Source: Octopus vulgaris
Taxonomy: Eukaryota
Reading direction: 5' to 3'
DNA: 64,000 nt
Assembly (NCBI GenBank): GCA_951406725.2
Contig: OX597821.1
Span: 91,016,001 to 91,080,000, forward strand
A program made the position numbers and the translations under genes. The notes under the pieces were generated by a model. That model did no database searches. It was given only the letters and a program-made list of their open reading frames with translations, and had not been told where the DNA came from. Positions 40,857 to 55,731 of the stretch are shown here, piece by piece (the stretch's first letter is position 1; each line of letters begins with the position of its first letter).

Positions 40857-42269
40857 ATATATTTAACTGCATATTTTCTTACTTAAAGAAAAACCCCAAA
40901 AGATTTTTATAAATTGTGGGGATTTTTATCGGCAGTAATTATTTATTCGCACATTTGGATGATGGGCTTTCATTTGCTGAAGAGTTTCTCTATCAGATAG
41001 TTGCTCTTCTTCATGTGAGATACGCTTTCTTTCATATGAGACTAATTCTGTCACTGAAGATCATCACCTATTCAACGAAAATGCACATCTCGTTGCACAC
41101 TTTTTATTGGAGTGGGTAGTTTTTCTTGTTCAAAATCTGCTAGCGCTCTCAGCTTTCCACGATTTTCATTATCAGAAGTGAATGGAATGGTGCTACAATA
41201 CCGAATCTATCTACGGATTAGTACTCGCAATTGTTGTTAATAAGTAAAGCTGTCTGTGTTGATGGTTATCTCTTAGACATGAAGACATGGCTATATTTTA
41301 TAGATCTTTTTGACAAATCGGGAGATGTGAACGGCACTACCTTCATCTATGGAATTTCTTTTGTGAGTACAACAACCGTATTTGTTATTGTTGAATACGT
41401 TTCTGCTCTTTTAAAATTTCTGAGGCGAAAACATAAAACGACTTTTGGTTTTCCACTCAGAATACTCAATCTTAAGGCCTTCTCCTCAGAACCTTGTACA
41501 GAGCAAACTTCTTGTATTATTTTGAGGTTTCTCATTGTCAAGGATTTTTATTCTCATGATACTCCCCATTCACATCTTACTGAACGGAACGTTAGCACTA
41601 TCCATTTGCCCATACTGTTCGGACGTAAGTGACTACGAACCAGGATTACAAACCATTACTGTTATCTTTAAAATTAAGCCTTATATTTATCCTGTTTAGA
41701 GACCGTTGTAGTTCTCCACAGATTTTGTAGAACAAATTTTTATGCATGTGCAACTTTCAACTTGAGATGCTCAATGCCCTCCCTTTTTCCTCTGCTTTGA
41801 AAATGAATCATGGTATCTTACCTCTTACGTCTACCAATGAAAGAGATTTCACTTAAATGTTTGAGCAAGAGCTATGTCCAAATTCGCCTTACATGAGGTA
41901 GAGAAATCTGTTATACACTTAACAATGCCTAAGTACATCCGCTTCTTCCTTTCGTTTGTAAAATAGACCTCAGTTGGTTGAGGTCTGGCTTTTTAGCAAA
42001 ATGGTACAAAGCCTTAGTCCTTTCAGCAATGTTTCTTAACTCGGATTTCGTTTTTCACGGTACTCTTACGAACGATTGAATTTAGCTAGTATTGAATGTA
42101 CATCATTTCACGAAGTGCATGTGTGTCTGTTGTTGTTGTTCTCAACTGTATTGACTATTATGCCATTTATTTTGTTGAAATGACGTAACTTACTAATTTG
42201 TTACAGCTATTTTTCACTTAGGGAGCTTTTTCATTTACTCAGTTCAAAGAAAAATTCCAATGCTTGAAA

Positions 42270-42953
<684 letters not shown>

Positions 42954-42969
42954 GTTGTTGTTTTTGTTG

Positions 42970-43260
42970 TTGACCGGTTGAAGTTGAACCAAGAAACGAA
43001 AAATGTCAATGATATTCTAAAATACATTAGAACAAACAATATCACAGAAACAAATAATTTGATCAAGGCAGCAAGAATTGTTGTAGCAGAAAATTTGGGT
43101 GTTGATGTCAAGAAAAAGAAATATAATCGGAGTGACAAAAGAAAACACCCATGGTTGAAAAAAGAATACAGACAGGGTTAGATATGCTCTCGAAGGAAAT
43201 TTCTGTGTTAGACTGAGAAGAGAAAGGGGAGCTTATAAGCGAACAAAAATAGAGGGTGCT
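42970..43260 (+). pseudogene. R4/Dong-like internal ORF fragment (region upstream of RT)
   Basis: ITETNNLIKAARIVVAENLG...PWLKK resembles the R4/Dong motif I.E.N.L.YA.A.V..E.LG...P.W.RR. Confidence 0.65.
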
Positions 43261-43458
43261 GAAAGCTTTAGCAATAACCTACAATCTAAATGTAGTCCCT
43301 GTCTGAGGACCTAATAATATCTAGCTGGACCCGCCAAAAAATTCACGGATAATTTAAATATCGTCCAATGAACAGTTATCATTTAATCTAAATTGTTTCA
43401 TTTGCACTTTTTGATTAATGAAAACTTCTGTTATCCTCTATGTTGTATTTTTTAATAA

Positions 43459-43907
43459 TCTTTATATATATAAAACTGAGAATGTGTGTCTGTCTGTCTG
43501 TGTGTTTCCCTAAAACTTGAGAACTACACAACCAATTTCATTCAAATTTTACATATGCCTTACTTAGGGTCCGGGGAGTGTCATCGGCAAACAAAATGTT
43601 CAACTTCTTGCCTAAAGCGAGCCCATGGCAATATCATATCTTCTCCACTATTTCAGTATTACGTGTTAAAAGTGAAACAAAAACGTTTTTGTAGGCTGGA
43701 TTGTAGCCACACTTCTATACAAGATACAATTGATCGAAATTACAAGAGACGGGCTAACAATTCCAGTCTGTTATATATTTTGAGTATTGTTATATCAAGA
43801 TATAACTTTGTATTTTGTATTTTATGTGTAGATGTATATATATAGATGTACATGTAATATGTACACATATATATACACATATATATACGACGGGTCTTTA
43901 ATGCTAG
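43459..43907 (+). mobile_element. Non-autonomous Helitron (third family)
   Basis: A|TCTTTATATATATAAAA start like the other Helitrons; ends acggg...gCTAG|T. Confidence 0.7.
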
Positions 43908-44039
43908 TATAAGTATATATTAAATTATTGTGTCAAAGTATATGTTAGATACATCTGTTACAGCACTTCTCTATGTACAATGATTCTAGTGTAGGTGATT
44001 CCCCTTCTGCGACCATGAGTGGATTCATTTTGAGGTATC

Positions 44040-44830
44040 ACTTTAACCCTCAAACTGTTCATCGCCCTTGCTCTTGAAAAAGCTACTAAATCTGGCCATG
44101 AGTGAAGCATGGCTGTGGCAAGTGTATGCCAACACTATCGAATGTTTGCCTGTGCGCTTTATTGATTGTCATAGAATAGGACAGACGAATCGGGAACCGA
44201 TGCAGAACGAATAGAATGATTGCATTGCTTGGAGTAAGTTTGATTCTTGGAATCAGTACTCTCGTGTGAGAATGCGATCCACTTATAATTGACGCTTTGA
44301 TGCTATGCTCATTGAGCGAGCTGAAGTACTTCCAAGCGAGTTCCGTTGCATAGACCTTGTTTTATAAAAGTGTTTCTAAGAAGCATAATAATTGCTCCAA
44401 CATTTAAGTTAAGTGATGGTGAGGCATTCCAGAAGGTGTAAGAGAGTTTATAAAATCCATGGGATAATTCTGGGCTTTTTCTTCATTATCAGAAGTCACT
44501 GAGTCGGTGCCTAGATATGTCGTAGTTTCAGTGGGCAATCTGCCTAGAATGTCTTCATTTACTGCTAAGCAGTCCGAATTTTTAGGGGATAAGGTCACTC
44601 TATTTTTCATTTCTTCTCCTGTACAATTGCCAAATATGTCAGATAACAAAGAATTATTACATATGCATGCCTCAGAAATATCAATAGTATCTTCTGCGAG
44701 ATTATCAATAGAGCTTTGAAGATATCGACTTCCAAGTTGTAGTACCCACCTCGAAAAGTCTTGTTCATTGGCAGGTGTTCTCATGTTTTTGCGTAAGTTG
44801 CATTTGAAGGAAATTATCCCAAAATCAGTT
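44040..44830 (-). pseudogene. PIF1-type helicase relic (Helitron RepHel C-terminal part)
   Basis: NMR...FSRWVLQLG...LSPKN...YPMDFINSLTPSGMPHHHL*.NVGAIIMLLRN...LCNGTRL...LIPRIKL...FPIRLSYSMTINKA..QTFD.VGI.L..PCFTHGQ..VAFSR. Disrupted. Confidence 0.9.
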
Positions 44831-46487
44831 GTTACTATATACTACAATGAATTTCCTCAGGAATAGAAGGAAACGTTAAAATAGCTTTAGCTACACTACA
44901 TGCTCCGAGAAAAATCTTTTTCCTGTGGAAATCCACGGTTACATCCCACCATTTTGAATTTTCTCAGGCTGTAAGCAAATTGTGTCCAGATGGAAAAATT
45001 TGGGAACGTTATGTAAGTTTTTGTTTATTATTCAATATTCTCAATAATTATGAGGAATTATTTCAGATGTATCATTTTTATGTATCCAGTGAAAAACAAA
45101 CAGAAAGAACCTCAAAGGAAGTGAGCATTGTGCAATGTGCCGTCTATGAAACGTCGAGCTGAAAACATATAAAATTATATTGTATAAAAATGTATGATTA
45201 TTTGTAGTATAACAAAAATAATAATACTTTTTCGATAGTTAAATATGGTTACTATTTAAAGATGCTTACATTTTACACAAAACCAAGGGAAATAACTCGA
45301 ATTTAATTTTAATCCTGGTTTATCTCCTTTGGCGTGACAAACACCGACGGTACAAGCGTATTAATATATAGATATTAACATGGTTTTCATCGTCGTCATC
45401 ATTGCTATTCTTATTACTGTTATAAATATTATTGTTTTTCAACAACAACAAAAAATGACGAGATTCACAGTTAAATCCATGTACGAAAGATGGTATTAAG
45501 AAGCTTGCTAAATGTTGGAATTTACAAAATCCACATGCACAGTGTTGATTAACCAATGAGAATCAAGAGAAAGGTAAATTATTTGGTTCAAATGTTTTGT
45601 GAGCAATATTTAGTTTATATAATTAAAGAGTGAACAATAATTATCAAAAATGTCTTTGTTAGAAAGTCAATGCTCGAAATAAAATACTATTTGAAAAAAG
45701 TTGCTAAAAACAATATTTAATCTAGAGAGAGGAAAGAATAGGATGTAGACTGTAGAGGTAGTGTATAAACCAATAAACTGTATTGCGGTTCAATGTCAAT
45801 AAGTAGAGTATAACACAGATGCTACTGGATCTCCAAAACAATTATATGAGAATAGTTTTATGGAGATATAAAAAAAAAAGTTATTTCAGAAGTGTATAGT
45901 AATAATATAACAGAGAGGATATAGCAGAAAAAAATTAATAGCGCTGTGAAACACGAATTTTGTCCTTGGGGAGTAACTGGAATTTCCTATTTGTTTACCC
46001 CTAGAAATAATGAAAAATGGCTAATATTTCCTTCAAACTTTGCTTTTGCTACATTTATTCAAATCCCAAAGAATCCCTCTCAACACATGGCTCCCGCTTC
46101 AATACTCCCCCTGCTCATGATCACAGATGCACTAATTGTCAGCAACGAAGGGATATGCTCAAGGGGTTAAGGTCAAGCAAGTGACAAACAAATCTGTGGT
46201 ATTGCGCAGAGTATTTCCTATAATGATATTTCTGCTTCAGCAGCTCAGCGCTGAATCTGTCTGAAATGTAATAGAAAATAGGTCAGTTTCAAAACATTGA
46301 TGTGAAGGTCACAAAAGCAAAGTTTGGAGGGAATAATAGTCATTTCCTTTGATTTCTAGATAGAAGCAAAAAGAAAATAACACATGCTGACCAAAAACAA
46401 GAACAAGAATAAAATGTTTGTTACACAGTGTAATGAAATACCAAACTGAGAATGATAGGCAAGGAAACTACAGAAATGTATCATATT

Positions 46488-46698
46488 GATTTCGAATTTT
46501 GGTACAAGGCCAGCATATTCGGGGAAGGAGTTAGTCGATTACATCGACACCACTACTCAATGGGTGCTTATTTTATTGACCCGGAAAGGATGAAAGACAA
46601 AGTCGACCGCAGCGGAATTTGAACTCAGACCATAAAGACAGATGAAATGCCATTAAGCATTTCGTCCGGCGTGCTAATGATTCTGCCAGCTCTTCGCT
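46488..46698 (-). mobile_element. SINE family B, alternative-tail subfamily
   Basis: Diverged full monomer. Confidence 0.8.
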
Positions 46699-46711
46699 GA
46701 AATGAATAATA

Positions 46712-47593
46712 CAAGGTCTGATCAATAAGTATCAAGACTGCTGCCACTGTAAGGAAGCTAAAGTATGCAGAGCAAAGCTGCTTGTTACAGATTGTCCTTG
46801 AATGCTATTGTGCGTGCACACTAAATTTTTATGTTCTAGCTCACTTCTACTGTTTACAGTAGTGCCTGGAAGTAACGTGTGTAGCGTTGACCATGACAGA
46901 GAAAGTTATCATGCCGATTCCTGTTCAGAAGCCTATACAAAGTTGCATAAAATGTATAGAGAAGAGTGCATGAGCCACACACAGATGTACGAGTGATTCA
47001 GACGTTTCCAAGATGACCGAAAAAATGTCGATGATGACGAACGTTCTGGGAGACTTGCAACCAGCAGAACTGAGAAAAACATCGCAGATGTGCGTGCAGC
47101 TGTGAGGGGAAATCGTCGAATCACCATCCGTGAGTTATCAAAGGATGTGCAGATTAGTCATGGTTCAGTTCAGTCCATTATCACTGAAGATTTGGGTATG
47201 AGACACTTGTCTGCCAAGTTTGTGCCAGAACTGCTTTCAGCTAACCAAAAAAATCACTCGGGTTTTAATTGCACAAGATCTCCTTGATTGTGTGAAGAAC
47301 GATGAAAACTTTTTGAAAACTTTGCGTAGGCCTCTGAGCAGGTATTGCCAAGCTCTTGGTAAAATTTGATGCAGATTCTCTGCTCAACTTTCTCTGTGAA
47401 GGTCAATGCGACGATCACACGCTAAACCCCTTCATTCCAAGCATATCTGTAAAAGTAGAAATGTGCTAGAACGTTAAAACTTAGTGCGCCTGCACAACAG
47501 AGTTGAAGCTCAATTTCTGCTACACGGCTTTATTCTGTGTGCTTTAGCTTCGTTACTATAACAACAGTCCGGATACTTATTGATCAGGTTCTG
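46712..47593 (+). mobile_element. Internally deleted mariner transposon
   Basis: TA-flanked imperfect TIRs (caaggtctgatcaataagtatc / gatacttattgatcaggttctg). HTH region DDDERSGR...NRRITIRELS...LGMRHLSAKFVPELL at about 46900-47290 with a stop; the catalytic domain is missing. Confidence 0.9.
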
Positions 47594-48058
47594 TATTGCT
47601 TTGGTTGTTAAAGGTTTGAAATGGAAAACTATGAAATATGGAATGGTGGCACTAACAGGTAAAGAAGTGGGAATACTCATGGTAGAATGAGGTGGTAAAA
47701 TATTTTGTAGGGTAAGGATTTTGTGAATGTCTTATATGGTGGATTTGTGAATTAAAGGTCAATGGAGTTATGATTGTGGATAATTAACCACTTCGATAGC
47801 TTACATCTTTAAAATGCTATAAAGTTTTTGATATTCTGTGTTGGTAATGTAGCACTAATTCTAAATAGTGATTAAGGAGTAAGACCCGTAGGATTGAAAT
47901 ATGACAAGTTGACATTTTTCACATTATTTCTTATATAGTTTGAAAATGCAAATATCTTCCATTTAATCATATATTTTGTATTTTGCATCTTGAGTCTCCA
48001 TATCTAATTTGAAAGTGAAGCGTCACTGTTCCTATAGTAGTTTCAAAAGATTTACGTA

Positions 48059-48270
48059 TACTCTTTACTCTTTTACTTGTTTCAGTCATTTGACTGCGGC
48101 CATGCTGGAGCACCGCCTTTTAATCGAGCAACTCGACCCCAGAACTTATTCTTTTGTAAGCCCAGTACTTATTCTATCGGTCTCTTTTGCCGAACCGCTA
48201 AGTAACGGGGACATAAACACACCAGCATCGGTTGTCAAGCAATGCTAGGGGGACAAACACAGACACACAA

Positions 48271-48329
<59 letters not shown>

Positions 48330-48495
48330 TACGACGGGCTTCTTTCAGTTTCCGTCTACCAAATCCACTCACAAGGCTTTGGTCGGCCCGAGGCTATAGT
48401 AGAAGACACTTGCCCAAGGTGCCACGCAGTGGGACTGAACCCGGAACCATGTGGTTAGTAAGCAAGCTACTTACCACACAGCCACTCCTGCGTCC
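48059..48495 (-). mobile_element. SINE family A
   Basis: Full-length copy. Confidence 0.92.
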
Positions 48496-48963
48496 ATAGT
48501 GAATAAACTTTAATATTTTCTAACTAAATCTAGTTTGTATAATTACTTTACTATATTGTGTGTAGCATTGTATATCTACAATATTTTCCCATTACACTTA
48601 ATATACTTGCATTCAATATTTGTTTTGTCGATACATAAAGTAGTTCTATCATTATAGATATACTTAGCATTCTGTTAAGATAAGACAAATGTTTGGCTTC
48701 CTAAATACGCTTTAAATATATGTATAATGCAATTGTATAACTGTCAACTCAACAAGTCTTCTAAACATAACATTTTACCCTTTTCATAAGTTCTAAGTAT
48801 TACCAACTAAAACATGTTTTCATTTATGCTTTCCCTTCAAATACAAACCATCATACACAAAGGGAAATTTTAAAGTTTTAACTAAATATTGCATATATTT
48901 TACTAATAAAAAAAATTCTCTTATTAAATCTAAAGCATTATTTAATGATTATTTCTAGATACA

Positions 48964-49135
48964 GGCGCAGGAGTGGCTCTGTGGTAAGTAGCTTGTTTAC
49001 CAGCCACATGGTTCTGGGTTCAGTCCCACTGCGTGGCACCTTCGGCAAGTGTCTTCTACTATAGCCTCGGGCCGACTAAAGCCTTGTGAGTGGATTTGGT
49101 AGACGGAAACTGAAAAGAAGCCCGTCGTATATATG

Positions 49136-49204
<69 letters not shown>

Positions 49205-49440
49205 ATATATATATATATATATATGCGTGTGTGTGTTTGTGTGTCTGTGTTTGTTCCCCTTGCATTGCTTGACAACCGATGCTGGTGTGTTTATGTCCCC
49301 GTTACTTAGCGGTTCGGCAAAAATGACCGATAGAATAAGTACTGGGCTTACAAAAAGAGTAAGTCCCGGGGTCGAGTTACTCGATTAAATGCGGTGCTCC
49401 AGCATGGCCGCAGTCAAATGACTGAAACGAGCAAAGAGTA
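48964..49440 (+). mobile_element. SINE family A
   Basis: Full-length copy. Confidence 0.92.
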
Positions 49441-49906
49441 TACACACAAAAGCTCGGTGTTACTGATTTTTACAGGCTCTCTTTGAACCTCGTATTACAA
49501 ACCTTTTATTAAAGTTTCCTCCCTAAGAATCAAAATAGGCTTTTGCATGTAGGTAACCCCACAAACCAGGAATAAACAAATTATGCCTTTTTAACCGTTG
49601 AATAATAGGTAATTAATTGATTTATTTGCTATAGAAAAACTAATGAATATTCTCCCATCTTTAGTACAAACATACATTTATTTGGATACCGTTATGATTG
49701 ATTTAACGTGCTTCTCAGTCAACAAAATTTATTCTCCATCAAATTCTTTTATCATACCAGTAACTATTCTTACAATATATAATCTGCAAAAAATCCTTCA
49801 TCCAGGATAAACGTTATTCTCTATATCCACATTGAGTACATTTCTAGGCTACTGTTTTGGATTTATGAATCAATTATTATAATACATTTGTATTAGTATA
49901 TATATA

Positions 49907-50128
49907 TCGCCATGTTGATTCGCTAGCTTCTGCACGCATTTTTTTTCTCTCCTTGTTTCTCTCCTTGTTTCTCTCCGTGTTTCTTTTCTGTGTATCTTTT
50001 TGTTGAAGAGCGTAGGCTCGAAACGTAAAAGACTTGTCTTATTTATATTCCACAGCGCCATACTAATACAATTGTTTGTTTGTATTCCACCTGCCTTCGT
50101 CTTTTGTTTATTTTCATAAAGCTTCCCG

Positions 50129-50130
<2 letters not shown>
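49907..50130 (+). mobile_element. TA-flanked element with a degenerate hammerhead (49995-50032), related in layout to 21940-22135
   Basis: UCUUU-uUGuUGA-a-GAGC guag GCUC-GAA-ACGU-A/AAAGA; core positions 3 and 6 are non-canonical. Confidence 0.5.
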
Positions 50131-50187
<57 letters not shown>

Positions 50188-50453
50188 ACACCATGACACA
50201 ACACCATGACAACCACACACACTTGACAAACAGACGCCATCTGACCAAATACTACAGACACACAGACACATCTACTCACACCACATGTATGTGTATGCAC
50301 GCACACATACACTTGAGACACACATATTCACCTCATCCTAACCCCAAAATCATTGATGCTTGAAGGAAAGCCAAAAAAATTTTAAAAAATGGGTACATCT
50401 TTTTCAATTCTACATTTCTGCTAAAACGGACAGGTGAGTAAACAACCTCGCCT

Positions 50454-51020
50454 TGAATTCATAATATTCTGTACTGACCCTGAGATGTATAATATATTTG
50501 TTTTAATCTTTACTGCCCATTTTTTCAAATATTCTCATCATACTGTTGTACGTTTTTATGTCCTTAACATGTCCCTGTTACCAAAGACTGTATATATACA
50601 TGTAATGTGGCAATTTGCAACAACCAATAATTAACGCAGCCAAACTTCCAATAATATATTTGTTTTATTCTTTTCTGCCCATTTTTTCAAATATTCTCAT
50701 CATACTGTTGTATTTTTTTATATCCTTAACATGTCCCTGTTACCAAAGACTATATATATACATGTAATGTGGCAATTATGTAAATTTTTTTGAATTCATA
50801 ATATTCTGTACTGAACTTTTTTTGATATTTCCTCCTGGAAATTACCCTGAGATGTATAATATATCTGTTTTAATCTTTTCTGCCCATTTTTTTCAAATAT
50901 TCTCATCATACTGTTGTACTTTTTTATGTCCTTAACATGTCCCTGTTACCAAAGACTGTATATATACATGTAATGTGGCAATTTGCAACAACCAATAATT
51001 AACGCAACCAAGCTTCCATA
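50454..51020 (+). repeat. Three partial tandem copies of a ~190-bp unit upstream of a hammerhead
   Basis: ctgcccattttttcaaatattctcatcatactgttgta...catgtaatgtggcaatt recurs at about 50513, 50675 and 50880. Confidence 0.9.
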
Positions 51021-51022
51021 TG

Positions 51023-51067
51023 TTACTTTTGACAATCTTTTTCCAAAGAGTGAAACCGGTTAAGTAA
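51023..51067 (+). ncRNA. Hammerhead motif, U3-A8 variant
   Basis: UUACUU-UUGACAA-UCUUU uucc AAAGA gu-GAA-ACCGGU-U/AAGUAA; perfect 6-bp stem I; about 80 nt upstream of (TA)n(TG)n. Confidence 0.65.
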
Positions 51068-51147
51068 ATAAACATCTTTTAAATTGCATTTTCAAACCTT
51101 CTTTCGTATATAATTCCACTCGTGCGATACCCCACAACTCAACTTTG

Positions 51148-51250
<103 letters not shown>

Positions 51251-51952
51251 TGTATGTATAATTTTAAACTGTTCGATGAAATTCTGTGTGACTTAAAGTT
51301 TTGCAGACATCAAACAGAAGCCTGTCTCTTTCAAGCTTTGGATTGGCGTGTGTGTGTGTGTGTGTATGTGTGTGTGAGTGTGTGTTTGTGTGTGCGTTTG
51401 TGTGTGTGTGTGTGTGCATCTTCCCGCATGTGTGTGTGTGTGTTTGTGTATGCATATATGTTCTTTTGCAATATACATTTTCCTACCAAATTTATGTAGC
51501 TATAAAATAAAATATCTATATTAGCTCAGTAGAAAATAATCTCCTCTATATTCTACCCACTCCAAGGCAAAGGACAAAGAAAGAAGCAAAGCAAAAAATA
51601 AAAAAAAAACAATTAAAAATAACACCATGTCATTGACAAAGAGACCATTCTTGGTTGCAATCCATGAGGCCTTTGAGGAGAAGTAGTAATGTTTACAAAG
51701 AATTATCGAAGTACAGAATATTCAATATGGCACCAGTCAGCTATTTAGCGTCCTTCTAAGCAGCTTATTGGATGACTTGATACTTTGAAAAGAAAAAGAA
51801 AATAACGTATTAGTTAAGCTTGACTCACCAAAATGCATTAGCAAACTCAAGGAAGACGTTGTTATTCTTCTCGAGCTCCACCCCCTCCATCAGCGTCAGC
51901 ATCGTCTTCTCCCTCATCATCTTCATCATCGTTGTCATCATCATCATCATTG

Positions 51953-52030
51953 GCTTCTTCTTCTTCTTCTTCTTCTTGTTCTTCTTCTTCTTCTTCTTCT
52001 CTTTCTTCTTCTTCTTCTTCTTCTTCTTTC
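51953..52030. repeat. (CTT)n microsatellite
   Basis: Direct triplet repeat; explains the poly-Ser and poly-Phe ORFs. Confidence 0.95.
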
Positions 52031-52760
52031 GTTCTATCTTCTTACTTCTTTCTTCGACTTAAGCTACTACTTCCTGCACACCAAAAAAAAAAAAAATGTG
52101 CACAAGAATACAAGAACTTTACTTTCGATTCAAATGATTGAGCAAAATGCTTTTAAAGACAAGTTTATTCCTAATATATTTTATATATTTATGTGCGTGT
52201 ATAAGAACGTGTGTTCATGTACATATGTGCATATCTGTTCGTGTGTGTATTCGTATACACACAAACACACACACACACACATACACACATATTCTACACA
52301 CACCTATGTATATGTAGATGATCATATGCTAAAAATAGTAAAGGATTATATAATTGTTTTCCATTTTCAACAATTCCAGTATTTTTTTTCCATCCGACCA
52401 AGGAATGAGTGATTTCTTTTAATTTTCAATACTTTGGATGAATAGTTGAAAAGTAAGTAGAATGGGGTATGGAATTCCCCATAAATAGATGTTATTCCAA
52501 ATAACCATGATGCTTATGCTGTACATGTGTATTAATCTGCGTATATAGGCAAAAGCAAGCTAAAGTAGCTTATTTTTATTTGTTTGTTACTCAATGATAT
52601 ACTATAATGTATATCTGTTGGATATATCGTGTTGTACCTTGGGCTAGTGTTTCTAATTTGGCTTCAGGTCAAGAAAATATTTATGTTGGAAGTTAGGGAG
52701 GCAGAGACTGTGTGGAAGTTTATGGCAGAGGCTGTTGCTGTTAATGGTTGATTAATCCAT

Positions 52761-53208
52761 CGGTGAGCTGGCAGAAACGTTAGCACGCCGGGCGAAATGC
52801 GTAGCGGTATTTCGTCTGCCGTTACGTTGTGAGTTCAAATTCCGCCGAGGTCGACTTTACCTTTCATCCTTTCGGGGTCGATAAATTAAGTACCAGTTAC
52901 GCACTGGGGTTGATATAATCGACTTAATCCTCTTGTCCTCTCTGTGTTTGGTCCCTTGTGGGTAGTAAAGAAATAGGTATTTCGTCTGCCGTTACGTTGT
53001 GAGTTCAAATTCCGCCGAGGTCGACTTTACCTTTCATCCTATCGGGGTCGATAAATTAAGTACCAGTCACGCACTGGGGTCAATGTAATCGACTTAATAC
53101 CTATGTCTGTCCTTGTTTGTCCCCTCTATGTTTAGCCCCTTGTGGGTAATAAAGAAATAGGTATTTCGTCTGCCGCTACGATCTGAGTTCAAATTCTGCC
53201 GATGTCAT
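52761..53208 (+). mobile_element. SINE family B multimer (head, two units and a partial third)
   Basis: GGTATTTCGTCTGCCG restarts at 52806, 52976 and 53160. Confidence 0.9.
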
Positions 53209-53357
53209 TTCCAGCAATTTGGGCTGGGTGTCTAGGCTGAGCATAACTTCCACCCTTCTGCTTGACAATTTCAGAAACCCTAAAGTGGTCTTCCTCTTCT
53301 GATTAAACTGTTTACACAACAAGCATGCCTAGAGAATATTTTGAACACAAGAACCAT

Positions 53358-53774
53358 CTCTCTTTTACTCTTTTACTCTTTTACTTGTTTCAGTCATTTG
53401 ACTGCGGCCATGCTGGAGCACCACCTTTAGTCGAGCAAATCGACCCCGGGACTTATTCTTTGTAAGCCCAGTACTTATTCTATCGGTCTCTTTTGCCGAA
53501 CCGCTAAGTAACGGGGACGTAAACACACAAGTATTGGTTGTCAAGCAATGCTAGGGGGACAAACATAGATACACAAACATATACACACACATACATATAT
53601 ATACATATATACGACAGGCTTCTTTCAATTTCCGTCTACCAAATCCACTCACAAGGCATTGGTCGGCCTGGGGCTATAGCAGAAGACACTTTCCCAAGAT
53701 GCCACGCAGTGGGACTGAACCCGGAACCATGTGGTTGGTTAGCAAGCTACTTACCACACAGCCACTCCTGCGCC
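53358..53774 (-). mobile_element. SINE family A
   Basis: Full-length copy. Confidence 0.92.
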
Positions 53775-54342
53775 ATCCCTCCATAATCAGATACTACATC
53801 CATGTTTATGTCCTTTAAATTCTTCCCTATACACACGTTCAGAGCCGTCATCCATACAATCACAGGTGGACATCTATAAACAAGACACAAACAGAAAATA
53901 TCGACGTTCCAATCTTTTCACATTGTTAGAAATCGCATCCTTTGAATCTTTTTCAATAGAACTATTCAATTCTAAATGAGAGATGACAATAATAGCATCA
54001 ACAGAATCAACAAAGAGTATCAAGTACAGGAAAGTTGAAATAAAACTTTTTAAACTGATCACACTCCCTAAGAAACACTGAATCGTTTATTGCATAATAC
54101 TGAATGACGTTACTTAGTTCCTTTTTATTAGAATCACTTGCAACATAAGACTATATAAGTAAATCCATATATAAGTTAACACATGTTAGAATAAGTATAT
54201 GTATGAATAAATGCATGTATGTATATGTTGTATATACACACACACATATATATATATACATAAATACATATATATTTATATGAATATATGCATATAAGTA
54301 TATATATCCATATATCCATATATCTATCTATCTATCTATCTA

Positions 54343-54388
<46 letters not shown>

Positions 54389-54964
54389 GTATATATATAT
54401 ATATGAGAGGGAGAGAAAGATACATACGCACGTACGTACACACACACATATATATATATATTTATGTAGTATGTATGTGACTATTGGCTTCTTTATCCCA
54501 AGGCAGAATAATTCCTAAGATTTGTCACTCCCAATGGTTTGCAGCGAAAAGATAATCCAAAGGAAAATCATTGGAAGGAAAAGTTTGAAAATATTCTTGC
54601 AAAGACTTTCATTATTCCTCAGGTAAATTCCTAAACATTAAGCATTTCAAGAATATGTCTGTTGGGAAAATTTTCACTGAATAATATTTGCAGATTTAAA
54701 AATATGCACCAAAATAGAAGACTGAGTTTCAATGTCTGCGAAAGCTGAACGTCTCAGTGCAGAATATATTGTGCAGAACAAAACAAGATGATTTGCACCT
54801 AAACACACAAAACGACACATCTGCAGGTTAAACACAGACTACAACAAAGAGATCTGAAGCCTACGCGAATGCAATGTACTGAAATTTTTATTTTACACGC
54901 ACGCATGTACACATGCATACAGCCTGCTATACCAGTGTCTCCCTGTCTGTCTGTATATATATAT

Positions 54965-55037
<73 letters not shown>

Positions 55038-55335
55038 TATACATATATATACACACACATATATATATTCATATATATACATATATATATATATATACAT
55101 GAATATGTGTATATATATGTATACGTGTATATATACACATATATATATGTATATGTATATATATACACACATACATACACATACATATATATAAATATAC
55201 ATATATCTATCCATGTGTGGTGTGTGTATGTATATATATACATATATATATGTGTGTATGTGTTTGTGGGTGTACGTGTGGCTGTATGTCTATGAATATC
55301 TCTATATGTTTTATATATGCAGGTGCGAATGAGTA

Positions 55336-55553
55336 CGAATTGGGGCTGAAAAAGTTCTGGTTTGTCATAAAAGAAAATACAGGATGGTAATTTAATTACG
55401 ATTTTATTCAACATATTTACCTCTCTGATTCACACACATACTGCAGCGGCCCTTCAGTTTTTTTTAAGCTCTGTTAAAGAACACGGAAGTTTGGGCCTCC
55501 AACCGGCCTTTTTTCAATACCCTTAAAGCCAGGAACATTTCCGCAACCCCTCG
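55336..55553. mobile_element. Mariner-derived MITE
   Basis: TA-flanked imperfect TIRs cgaattggggctgaaaaagttctggttt / aaagccaggaacatttccgcaacccctcg. Confidence 0.7.
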
Positions 55554-55731
55554 TACATGTATGCATAGGAATATGCAAGCATATAAATATGAGTTCACAC
55601 ATATAAATATGCAAGCATGGATACCATAGCATGTGTAGATATGTATTTTCATTTTTGTATGCACACAGATACATATGCCTACATGTATACACGTGTATAC
55701 ATGCTTAAACGTCTTCAAGTTTTAATATTTT

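Noticed and set aside
40900-41800. Possible decayed LINE endonuclease region on the minus strand
   Set aside because: No diagnostic motif readable with confidence; the same applies to 9870-10350, 19850-20250 and 58050-58650.
50454-51020. CRISPR-like or satellite interpretation of the repeats
   Set aside because: Long staggered partial duplications with no repeat-spacer periodicity, in a eukaryotic context.
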